44,909 nt of DNA from Deltaproteobacteria bacterium (GTDB lineage: Bacteria > Myxococcota > Myxococcia > Myxococcales > 40CM-4-68-19). Position numbers and translations under genes: made by a program. Of this stretch, positions 37,465-44,909 are shown one piece after another. The DNA is taken from positions 1 through 44,909 of the forward strand of contig JAYWAO010000012.1 in the NCBI GenBank assembly GCA_043782365.1, read 5' to 3'. Position 1 is the stretch's first letter; the number at the start of each line of letters is the position of its first letter. Under the pieces are notes generated by a model. It made no database searches. It saw only the letters and a list, made by a program, of their open reading frames with translations, and was not told the origin of the DNA.

Positions 37465-40170
37465 GTGCCCCTCGCCCGCAGCCTCCCGCGCAGTCTGCCG
37501 AGGGCGCTCCTCGCCTGCCTCGTCTGCGCGTCCGCGGGCGCAGCGTTGGCAGCGCCGGGCGGACCTCCCCCTGCGTTGCCCGCGCCGGCCGCCGCGCCCG
37601 CGGTAGCCCCCGCGCCCGCGCTCTCGCCGAGCCCTGCGCTCCCGCTCCCGGCCCCAACGCTCCAGGCGCGCCGCGGACCGCAGCTGACCTGGTTCTACTC
37701 GGCGAACTACCCGCTCGGCCGCCTGCTCAACGGCGTCGAGGGAGACGTCGCCTGCGACCTGGGCATCGACGACCGCGGCGCGGTCACCGACGTCGCCTGC
37801 GACGAGGCCGAAGACTCGCTGCTCGCCCGGGCCGCCGAGAAGTCCTTCCTCCTGGCGCGCTTCCTCCCCGCCACCGAGGGCGGCAAGGCGCGCAAGTCGC
37901 GGCTCGCGATCGTCTTCCACTTCGCGCAGTCGCTTGCCCGCCTGCCGCCGCCCGAGGAGCCGTCCGACGCGGTGGAGGTCCAGGGCGAGGTGCTCAAGCA
38001 GGGCATCGCCGCGGGCATCGCCGGCGCCGAGGTGGTGGCGCAGGGGCTCGGCATCGGCGCCAACGTCGACGCGAAGGGCCGCTTCAAGCTGCGCCTGCCG
38101 CCGGGCTCGCACGTACTGGTGGCCTCCGGGTTCACCTTCGAGCCGATCCAGGAGCGCGTCGAGGTGCTGCCCGGGACGTCGCCAAGTGTAACACTGTACT
38201 TGCGCCCCAAGGACGTGGCAGCGATGACCGCCACCGTCACCGGCGAGAAGGAGCGGCGCGGCGCGGTGAAGCAGACGCTGGTCCGCGAGGAGCTGCGCAA
38301 CGTGCCTGGTACGCAGGGCGACCCGCTGCGCGTGATCGAGGCGCTCCCGGGGCTCGCGCGCGTGCCGTTCACGGGCGGTCAGCTGATCGTCCGCGGGGCC
38401 AACGCGGTGGACACCGGCGCCTACATCGACGGCCAGCGCATCCCGCTGCTCTACCACCTGCTCAACGGACCCTCGGTGCTCGGCGAGGAGATGGTCGAGA
38501 AGCTCGACTTCTACCCGGGCGGCGCCGGCACCTACTTCGGCCGCTCGCTCGCCGGCGTGGTGCAGATCCAGAGCCGCCGCGGCGACTCCGACCGCTTCCA
38601 CGGCAGCATCGCCGCCGATCTGCAGAAGACCGCCGTCTTCCTGCAGGGCCCCGTGGGCGAGAGCACGACGTTCGCGGTTGGCGCGCGCCGCAGCTACATC
38701 AACCCTGCGGTCGAGTTCTTCGCCGACCCGAAGAAGAGCTTCACGCTGCCCGTCTACTGGGACTACCAGCTGCGGGTCGACCACCAGCTCGCCGTCACCG
38801 AGCGCCTCTCGCTGACGGCGTACGGAAGCCACGACTCGTACGACCAGGTGGGCAGCGGCCGTGGCACCAGCGCCACGCTCGGGCGGGAGATCGGCTTCCA
38901 CCGCGTCCGGCTCGCCTGGGAGAAGGGCTTCTCCGAGTCGCTCCAGCTCACCCTCGCGCCGGCGGTCGGGTATGACCTCTCCAACGACGACCAGTCGGGG
39001 GCCGGTCCCGGCGTCTTCGCGCGCCCGCAGCACCACCAGGAGCGCACGCTGTCCACCGGCGGCCGCGCGGAGCTGGCCTGGCACCCGGCCCCTTTCGCCG
39101 ACGTGCGCGCGGGCGTCGACGTCCTCTTCGACCGCGTCGCCTACGACCTCGACCAGCTCTTCGATCAGCAGCTACGCGGGCTCGGCGCGCCCAACGCCGA
39201 GCAGCGGCACCTCTCTGGCGTGAAGGTCTTCGGCTCCTTCGCCGAGTACGTCGAGAGCCAGCTGCGCGCGGGTCCGCTGCGCATCACCCCGGGCCTGCGC
39301 TTCGAGCAGCTCCACTACGGACCGCAGACCTACGCGCTCTTCGACCCGCGGCTGTGGGTGCGGCTGCAGGCCGCCCAATACACCTCGCTCTACGGATATG
39401 CCGGCGCCTATCACCAGGCTCCCACCGCCGAGCAGGTCGACGCGCAGATCGGCAACCCGCACCTCTTGCCGCTGCGGGCCGACCAGTTCGGCCTCGGCGC
39501 CGAGCAGCGCTGGGGCGAACTGTGGAGCGTGAAGGTCGAAGGCTTCTTGAACCGCCGCCGCTCGCTGGTCTTCCCGGCCACCGCCCGCGCCAACTGCAAC
39601 CAGGACGGCACGGGCTGCGACGGCACCTACTTCAACCCGCTCCAGCTCAACTCGGGGCAGGGCCACAGCTTCGGCCTCGAGGTGCTGCTGCGGCGCGAGC
39701 TCGACTCGCGCGTCTACGGGTGGGTCTCCTACAGCTTCTCGAAGTCGCGCGAGCTGACCGCCGATGGCGAGGCCTGGCGGCCCACCCCGTACGACCAGCC
39801 GCACGTGCTCACCCTGCTGCTCGGCCTGCGCCTCTCGCCGTTCCTCGAGTTGGCGGCGCGGCTGCGGGTGGCGAGCGGGAACCCGCTCTCCGAGGCGGTC
39901 TCCTCGGTCTACGACGCCGACACCGGGCTCTACGTGCCCACCACGCTGCCGCTGGGGACGACGCGGCTGCCCACCTTCGTGCAGCTCGATTTCCAGGTGA
40001 ACAACGTGTGGCTCTCCGACCGGTTCCACCTCTCGCTGTACGTCGACTTCCAGAACATCCTGGCGCGCGACAACCTCGAGGTGCAGCTATACGACTACCG
40101 GTACAAGATCAGCGACTACGTGCACGGCCTGCCGTTCCAGACGCTGGTGGGGGCGCGAGCGGCGTTCTGA
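37465..40170 (+). CDS. TonB-dependent receptor-like outer-membrane protein: N-terminal TonB_C-like domain, CarboxypepD_reg domain, plug and beta-barrel
   Basis: GTG 37465 is chosen because it begins a signal peptide (VPLARSLPRSLPRALLACLVCASAGAALA); the ORF opens at 37321. TonB_C-like YPLGRLLNGVEGDVACDLGIDDRGAVTDVACDE..LLARAAEKSFLLARFLPA. CarboxypepD_reg-like VQGEVL..VDAKGRFKLRLPPGSHVLV. Plug motif GDPLRVIEALPGLARV..IVRGA. Terminal Phe. Confidence 0.8.
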   Translation: MPLARSLPRSLPRALLACLVCASAGAALAAPGGPPPALPAPAAAPAVAPAPALSPSPALPLPAPTLQARRGPQLTWFYSANYPLGRLLNGVEGDVACDLGIDDRGAVTDVACDEAEDSLLARAAEKSFLLARFLPATEGGKARKSRLAIVFHFAQSLARLPPPEEPSDAVEVQGEVLKQGIAAGIAGAEVVAQGLGIGANVDAKGRFKLRLPPGSHVLVASGFTFEPIQERVEVLPGTSPSVTLYLRPKDVAAMTATVTGEKERRGAVKQTLVREELRNVPGTQGDPLRVIEALPGLARVPFTGGQLIVRGANAVDTGAYIDGQRIPLLYHLLNGPSVLGEEMVEKLDFYPGGAGTYFGRSLAGVVQIQSRRGDSDRFHGSIAADLQKTAVFLQGPVGESTTFAVGARRSYINPAVEFFADPKKSFTLPVYWDYQLRVDHQLAVTERLSLTAYGSHDSYDQVGSGRGTSATLGREIGFHRVRLAWEKGFSESLQLTLAPAVGYDLSNDDQSGAGPGVFARPQHHQERTLSTGGRAELAWHPAPFADVRAGVDVLFDRVAYDLDQLFDQQLRGLGAPNAEQRHLSGVKVFGSFAEYVESQLRAGPLRITPGLRFEQLHYGPQTYALFDPRLWVRLQAAQYTSLYGYAGAYHQAPTAEQVDAQIGNPHLLPLRADQFGLGAEQRWGELWSVKVEGFLNRRRSLVFPATARANCNQDGTGCDGTYFNPLQLNSGQGHSFGLEVLLRRELDSRVYGWVSYSFSKSRELTADGEAWRPTPYDQPHVLTLLLGLRLSPFLELAARLRVASGNPLSEAVSSVYDADTGLYVPTTLPLGTTRLPTFVQLDFQVNNVWLSDRFHLSLYVDFQNILARDNLEVQLYDYRYKISDYVHGLPFQTLVGARAAF

Positions 40171-40266
40171 TGCGCCCGGCTCTCACGCACCCGACACCGG
40201 CCCCAGCATGTCGCGCCTGAGGAATTGGAGAGGGCACTCCGCCGGAACTTTGTGTAGCCTGCGCCC

Positions 40267-41022
40267 GTGAGCGACCTCTACGCAAAGTGTGTCAGCGGCG
40301 ACTCCCGCGAGGAGGCCTCCTACGCGCGCGCCCTCGACGGGCGCAAGGCGCAGCTCCTCCTCAGCGATCCGCCGTACTGCCTCCTGGTCCGGCGCCGCAA
40401 GGGCGGCGATGAGCGCGACCCGAAGGACCGCAAGATCGACCGCGGGCCCGTCGGCCGGTTCGAGGACGTGCGCGCTTATCGAAAGTTTACCGAAGCGTGG
40501 CTGCCCAAGGCGGTGGCGCACCTCGAGGGAGAGGCGCCGCTCATCCTCTGGACCAACTTCCTCGGCAAGGAGCCGCTCCGTACGGTCGCGCGCAGCCTGG
40601 GCTACGGGCACCTCTGGGGCGAGTTCACCTGGGGCAAGCGGACCACCGAGAAGGACGGCAACGAGCTGCTCCTGCGCGTCTACGAGGTGGCGTTGGTGCT
40701 CGGCAAGGGGCCGCAGCCCGCGCTCGGCCCGGCCGATCCGCCGCGGGTCTGGGCGGTCGCCGCGGGCTACGACGACGAGGGCGAGGCCGCCCGCTTCGGC
40801 AGCCACCCGAACCACAAGCCGTTCGGCGTCATCGAGCCGCTGGTGCGCGCCTACAGCCGGCCGGGCGAGCTGGTGCTCGACCCTTTCGCGGGCTCCGGGT
40901 CCCTGCCCGCGGCCGCGCTGCGCCTGGGCCGGAGCGCGGCCTGCGTCGAGCTCGAGCAAGAGTGGGCGCCGCGCGTGCAAGCGCGCCTCACCGCGGCGGC
41001 CCGGGACCTGCTCGCCAAATGA
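40267..41022 (+). CDS. Orphan DNA methyltransferase, N4/N6 beta class (N6_N4_Mtase family)
   Basis: GTG start. Motif IV DPPY (LLLSDPPYCLL) precedes motif I (LVLDPFAGSGSLPAAA). HPNHKP motif present. No restriction endonuclease or specificity gene is nearby. Confidence 0.8.
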   Translation: MSDLYAKCVSGDSREEASYARALDGRKAQLLLSDPPYCLLVRRRKGGDERDPKDRKIDRGPVGRFEDVRAYRKFTEAWLPKAVAHLEGEAPLILWTNFLGKEPLRTVARSLGYGHLWGEFTWGKRTTEKDGNELLLRVYEVALVLGKGPQPALGPADPPRVWAVAAGYDDEGEAARFGSHPNHKPFGVIEPLVRAYSRPGELVLDPFAGSGSLPAAALRLGRSAACVELEQEWAPRVQARLTAAARDLLAK

Positions 41023-41083
41023 AGACCGGCCCCGTGCGGCGTGCGCGGGACCGGTCAGGTTGCTGCGGGCGCTGGGTCTGCGG

Positions 41084-41482
41084 CTAGTGGTGCGCGGCCC
41101 CGTGCGGCGCCGCGCCGTGCGGCAGGACCACCTTGGCTCCGAACGGCGAGCCCGAGGGAGTGGTGGGCTTGAAGCGGGTCGCCACGTCGCCGAGCACGAT
41201 GCCCAGGAGCAGCAGCACGAAGATGAACGCGGTGGCGACCACCAGCCGGTTGACGCCCTTGTCCTCCTTCAAGTGCATGAAGATGATCAGCACGAGGAGG
41301 CTCTTGGTGGTGGCGATGGTCAGCGCCAGCGGCAGCGCCAGCGTGCCGAGGTGCAGGTGGCCGGTCCACACCGTGACCGCGGTGAGGACGAGCAGCAGGA
41401 TCCAGACGATGACGTACGGCGCCACCGAGTGGTGCTCGGGGAGGTCGCCGGCCTGCGCGTGGGAGTGGGTGGAGTCGCTCAC
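41084..41482 (-). CDS. Cytochrome c oxidase subunit IV (prokaryotic COX4 family)
   Basis: GTG 41482 within ORF 41084..42052(-). Small 3-TM protein HHSVAPYVIVWILLLVLTAVTVW..ATTKSLLVLIIFMHLK, immediately after subunit III. Confidence 0.75.
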   Translation of the reverse strand: MSDSTHSHAQAGDLPEHHSVAPYVIVWILLLVLTAVTVWTGHLHLGTLALPLALTIATTKSLLVLIIFMHLKEDKGVNRLVVATAFIFVLLLLGIVLGDVATRFKPTTPSGSPFGAKVVLPHGAAPHGAAHH

Positions 41483-41493
41483 GGTGGCCCTCG

Positions 41494-42192
41494 TCAGATC
41501 AGGTACAGCAGCGGGAAGAGGAAGATCCAGACCAGGTCGACGAGGTGCCAGTAGAGCCCGCCGAGCTCGAGGCCCAGGTAGTACTTCGAGCTGAAGCGGC
41601 CCATCGCCGTCTTCACCGTCAGGATGCTCAGCACGGTCATGCCGATGATGACGTGGAGCGCGTGCAGCCCGGTGGTGAGGAAGTAGACGGTGAAGTACAT
41701 CGGCGCGCCGTCGGCCGTGACCTCGCTGAAAGAGTAATACGGGCCTGGCAGGGCGCCGATGTGGAACTTGTGCTGGTACTCGATCGCCTTGATGCCGAGG
41801 AAGCCGAACCCCATCAGGATGGTGGCGACCAGCATCGCCACCGCGGTCCACTTCTTGTCGCTGCGCGCGTAGTGGATGGAGAGCGCGACGGTGAACGACG
41901 AGGTGATCAAGAGGAAGGTGTTGAGCGTGCCCAGCGAGAGGTCGAGCGTGCGGCTCGCCTGCTCGAACGCTTCGGTGAACTCCATCCGGTAGACGGCGTA
42001 GCCGGTGAAGAGCCCGGCGAAGAGCAGGATCTCGGTCGCCAGGAAGAGCCACATCCCCATCCGGACGGCGTGGTTCTGCGCCTCGAGGCTGGCGAAGTGG
42101 TGGCCGAGGATCCCCTCGGGCACCCCCGGCGGCGTGTGCGAGTGGCTGGTGGCCCCGCCTACGGAGGGCGCGGCGGCAGCGGCGCTAGACAT
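41494..42192 (-). CDS. ctaE: Cytochrome c oxidase subunit III
   Basis: HHFASLEAQNHAVRMGMWLFLATEILLFAGLF.., GLHALHVIIG and YWHLVDLVWIFLFPLLYL. Confidence 0.9.
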   Translation of the reverse strand: MSSAAAAAPSVGGATSHSHTPPGVPEGILGHHFASLEAQNHAVRMGMWLFLATEILLFAGLFTGYAVYRMEFTEAFEQASRTLDLSLGTLNTFLLITSSFTVALSIHYARSDKKWTAVAMLVATILMGFGFLGIKAIEYQHKFHIGALPGPYYSFSEVTADGAPMYFTVYFLTTGLHALHVIIGMTVLSILTVKTAMGRFSSKYYLGLELGGLYWHLVDLVWIFLFPLLYLI

Positions 42193-43831
42193 GGAAGGCT
42201 CCGCCCGGGGTGTGGGTCTGGTAGTTGTGCGGCTCCGTCGTGATCACCGGGATCTCGTCGAAGTTGTGGGTCGGGGGCGGCGAGAGCGTCATCCACTCGA
42301 AGCCCTTCGAGCCCCACGGGTTGGGCTTGCACTTCTCGCCCCAGACCAGCGCGATCACCAGGTAGATGAGGATGATGACGAACCCGAACGCCAGGAGCGA
42401 CGCGCCCGCGGTCGAGGCCACGTTCAGCGACTGGTACTGGTCGGGGTACTGGTAGTAGCGGCGCGGCATGCCCCAGTTCCCGAGGAGGAACTGCGGGATG
42501 AAGGTCGCGTTGAACCCGAGGATGATCAGGGAGCCTGCAACGAGGCCCCAGCCTTCGTGATAGGTGCGCCCGAACATCTTGGGGAACCAGTAGTGGAGGG
42601 CGGCGAGGAAGCCCATGATCACCGCGCCCACCATCACGAAGTGGAAGTGGGCCACCACGAAGTAGGTGTCGTGCCAGTGGACGTCGAGGCCCACCGTCGC
42701 TAGCGCGATGCCGGTCATCCCACCGAAGACGATGAAGTAGAGGAAGCCGCAGATGTAGAGGAAGGGCGTGGTGAAGCTGATCGCGCCCTTGTACATCGTG
42801 CCCACCCAGTTGAAGACCTTGATGGCGGTGAAGACGCCGACCAGCATCGAGATGACGCCGAAGATGCCCGCCGTTGCCGACGACTGGCCCGTGGTGAACA
42901 TGTGGTGGCCCCAGGCGAAGAACCCGACGAAGGCGATGCCGAGCGACGACATCGCGATCATCTTGTAGCCGAAGGCGTTCTTGCGGCTGAAGGTGCAGAT
43001 CACCTCGGACACCACGCCCATGGCGGGCAGCACCATGATGTAGACGGCCGGGTGCGAGTAGAACCAGAAGAGGTGCTGGAAGAGCAGCGGGTCGCCGCCG
43101 CGGGTGGGGTCGAAGAGCCCGAAGTGCAGCTGGTTCTCGACGCCGACCACCAGGAGGGCGAGGCCGAGCACCGGGGTCGCGAGCACCTGGATCACCGAGG
43201 TGCCGTAGATCGCCCAGACGAAGAGGGGGATGCGGAACCAGTTCATCCCGGGCGCCCGCAGCGTGTGCACGGTGACGATGAAGTTGATGCCGGTCATGAT
43301 CGACGAGAAGCCGATGACGAAGATGCCCATGATCACCCAGAACGCCTCGGTGGCGGTGGTGGACGAGTAGGGCGTGTAGAAGGTCCAGCCGGTGTCGACG
43401 CCGCCGTGGATCATCCCCCAGAGCGCGAGGCAGACGCCGCCGAAGTAGACGTAGAACGAGCCCAGGTTCAGGCGCGGGAACGCCACGTCGCGGGCGCCGA
43501 GCATCAGCGGCACCATGAAGTTGCCGAACGCGCCCGGGATGCCGACGATCATGAAGAAGAAGATCATCGCGATGCCGTGCAGCGTGAAGAGCCGGTTGTA
43601 GGTGAGCGCGTCGAAGAGGTACGGGCCCGGCTGCATCAGCTTGATGCGGATCGCCATGGCGAAGACGCCGCCGAGCAGGAAGAACGAGGTCACCGCGACG
43701 AGGAACATCACGCCGACCCGCTTGTGGTCGCGCGTGTTCAGCCACGACATCAGCGTCGTGCCGTCGGTGAGGTACGACTCCTCTTGCTTGCCGCCCAACG
43801 TCTGGGGGCTACCGTCCACTGACTGGAGCAT
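42185..43831 (-). CDS. ctaD: Cytochrome c oxidase subunit I
   Basis: SWLNTRDHKRVGVMF.., haem-copper motifs WFYSHPAVYIMVLP and HHMFTTG. Overlaps the ctaE start by 8 nt and the ctaC end by 23 nt. An alternative GTG start lies at 43819. Confidence 0.92.
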   Translation of the reverse strand: MLQSVDGSPQTLGGKQEESYLTDGTTLMSWLNTRDHKRVGVMFLVAVTSFFLLGGVFAMAIRIKLMQPGPYLFDALTYNRLFTLHGIAMIFFFMIVGIPGAFGNFMVPLMLGARDVAFPRLNLGSFYVYFGGVCLALWGMIHGGVDTGWTFYTPYSSTTATEAFWVIMGIFVIGFSSIMTGINFIVTVHTLRAPGMNWFRIPLFVWAIYGTSVIQVLATPVLGLALLVVGVENQLHFGLFDPTRGGDPLLFQHLFWFYSHPAVYIMVLPAMGVVSEVICTFSRKNAFGYKMIAMSSLGIAFVGFFAWGHHMFTTGQSSATAGIFGVISMLVGVFTAIKVFNWVGTMYKGAISFTTPFLYICGFLYFIVFGGMTGIALATVGLDVHWHDTYFVVAHFHFVMVGAVIMGFLAALHYWFPKMFGRTYHEGWGLVAGSLIILGFNATFIPQFLLGNWGMPRRYYQYPDQYQSLNVASTAGASLLAFGFVIILIYLVIALVWGEKCKPNPWGSKGFEWMTLSPPPTHNFDEIPVITTEPHNYQTHTPGGAFHV

Positions 43832-44864
43832 AAACCGGTCCCTCCGGCGCCGCGTTGCGCACAGAATCGCTCTGCAAAGACTTCATGTACTCGACCAGGG
43901 CGGCGATCTCCGGCCCGGCCAGCTTCCCTTGGTAGCTCGGCATCACGGCGTCGTACCCTTCGACGATCTTGGCCTGCGGATCCATGATCGACTCGGTCAT
44001 GTAGCCCTCATCGACGGTGATGGTCTCACCCGACTTCAGCTTCCGCTTGGCGCCCCAACTGTCGAGCCAGGACGGGCCGATGTGGCGCTCGCCGTTGATG
44101 GAGTGGCACTTCAGGCAGCCCGCCTCGGCGGCGATCCGCTTGCCCTGCTCGGTGAGCGAGGTGACGGCGGCGACCTGCTCGATGGGGAGGTTGGTGCCGT
44201 CCTGCCGGGTGGCGAGCGGGCCCCGCTTGAGGTTCTGCAGCCACGCCTCGTACTCCTCGGACTTCATCACCACCACCTCGCCGCGCATGATCGAGTGGCC
44301 GGCGCCGCAGTACTCGGCGCAGAGGATCTGGTAGCGCCCCGGCGTGGTGGCCTGGAACCAGACCTGCGTGTAGCGGCCCGGGTTGACGTCGCGCTTGACG
44401 CGGAACTCGGGGACGTAGAAGGAGTGGATCACGTCCTGCGAGGTCATCAGCAGGCGCACCGGGCGGCCCGCGGGCACGCGCAGCACGTTCACGCTGTTGG
44501 GGCCCTCGGGGTAGTTGAACTTCCACATCCACTTCTTGCCCATCACGTAGACGTCCATCGCGTCGGCGGGCGGCGTGTCCTGCTCGACGAACTGGCGGTA
44601 GCCGATGGCGAACCAGAGCAGGAAGAGGGCGAGCGGGATGGAGACGAAGGCCACCTCGATCAGCGTGGAGGGCTCGAGGTGCGGCGTCGTCTGGGTCTCG
44701 CTCTTGCGCCGGTACTTGGCGAAGAAGAAGATCGCGGTCAGGCCGACGCCGATCGACATGATGATGGTCGTCAGCGCGACGAAGATGTGCAGCCGATCGA
44801 CGTCGGCGGCAAACGTCGACGCCTGCTCGGGCAGGAAGAGGAGTTTGCGGAAGAACTCGTTCAT
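43809..44864 (-). CDS. ctaC: Cytochrome c oxidase subunit II with a fused C-terminal cytochrome c domain (caa3 type)
   Basis: CuA site CAEYCGAGHSIM. C-terminal haem c motif CLKCHS. Two N-terminal TM helices. Confidence 0.9.
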   Translation of the reverse strand: MNEFFRKLLFLPEQASTFAADVDRLHIFVALTTIIMSIGVGLTAIFFFAKYRRKSETQTTPHLEPSTLIEVAFVSIPLALFLLWFAIGYRQFVEQDTPPADAMDVYVMGKKWMWKFNYPEGPNSVNVLRVPAGRPVRLLMTSQDVIHSFYVPEFRVKRDVNPGRYTQVWFQATTPGRYQILCAEYCGAGHSIMRGEVVVMKSEEYEAWLQNLKRGPLATRQDGTNLPIEQVAAVTSLTEQGKRIAAEAGCLKCHSINGERHIGPSWLDSWGAKRKLKSGETITVDEGYMTESIMDPQAKIVEGYDAVMPSYQGKLAGPEIAALVEYMKSLQSDSVRNAAPEGPVYAPVSGR

Positions 44865-44909
44865 GCTGACTTCCCCTTCTTGAGATCGCGGCGCCAGAGC
44901 ACGGTCAGG
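44861..44909 (-). CDS. 3' end of an unidentified upstream CDS cut by the window edge
   Basis: The open frame reads ..LTVLWRRDLKKGKSA* with TGA at 44861-44863, overlapping the ctaC ATG (ATGA). Function not assignable. Confidence 0.3.
   Translation of the reverse strand, partial: LTVLWRRDLKKGKSA

Noticed and set aside
41736-41742. TAATACG, identical to the first 7 nt of the T7 promoter, within the GTAATAC site in ctaE.
   Set aside because: The match ends after 7 nt (T7 continues ACTCACTATAG; here it is GGCCTGG). It is better explained as one instance of the GTATTAC word.

Overview
Very GC-rich (about 70% G+C by eye) bacterial chromosomal segment, most likely from a myxobacterium. Supporting this: a Myxococcus-type type IV pilin N-terminus behind a sigma-54 promoter, PEGA/BNR/PPC-domain secreted proteins, a Ser/Thr kinase and an Oar-like TonB-dependent receptor. 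I support about 42 protein genes and one tRNA-Gly(CCC). I found no transposase, integrase, CRISPR array or rRNA. Most content is housekeeping: a ParC/ParE-like type IIA topoisomerase pair, prfA-prmC-murA, the agmatine-to-putrescine pair aguB/aguA, M17 and M24 aminopeptidases, cytochrome bd oxidase cydAB and a caa3-type cytochrome c oxidase operon. Accessory-looking content includes an RHH/ParE toxin-antitoxin pair with a perfect 18-bp palindromic operator, an orphan beta-class DNA methyltransferase, an operon encoding a small secreted 8-Cys protein, and large secreted multidomain proteins. Many long ORFs in the six-frame track are antisense or out-of-frame artefacts of the GC content. The most unusual signal fits no gene model. 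The AT-rich word GTATTAC, extended to GTATTACTCTT in four copies, occurs 10 times inside 8 unrelated genes. Every copy lies on the mRNA-sense strand whichever DNA strand the gene is on. The copies occupy all three reading frames and are written with otherwise very rare codons. This points to selection, or deliberate recoding, at the nucleotide or RNA level. Other points of interest are a 4 x 11-bp tandem repeat in a promoter region, a TonB_C-like domain fused to an outer-membrane receptor, and two ORFs separated by a single in-frame TGA.
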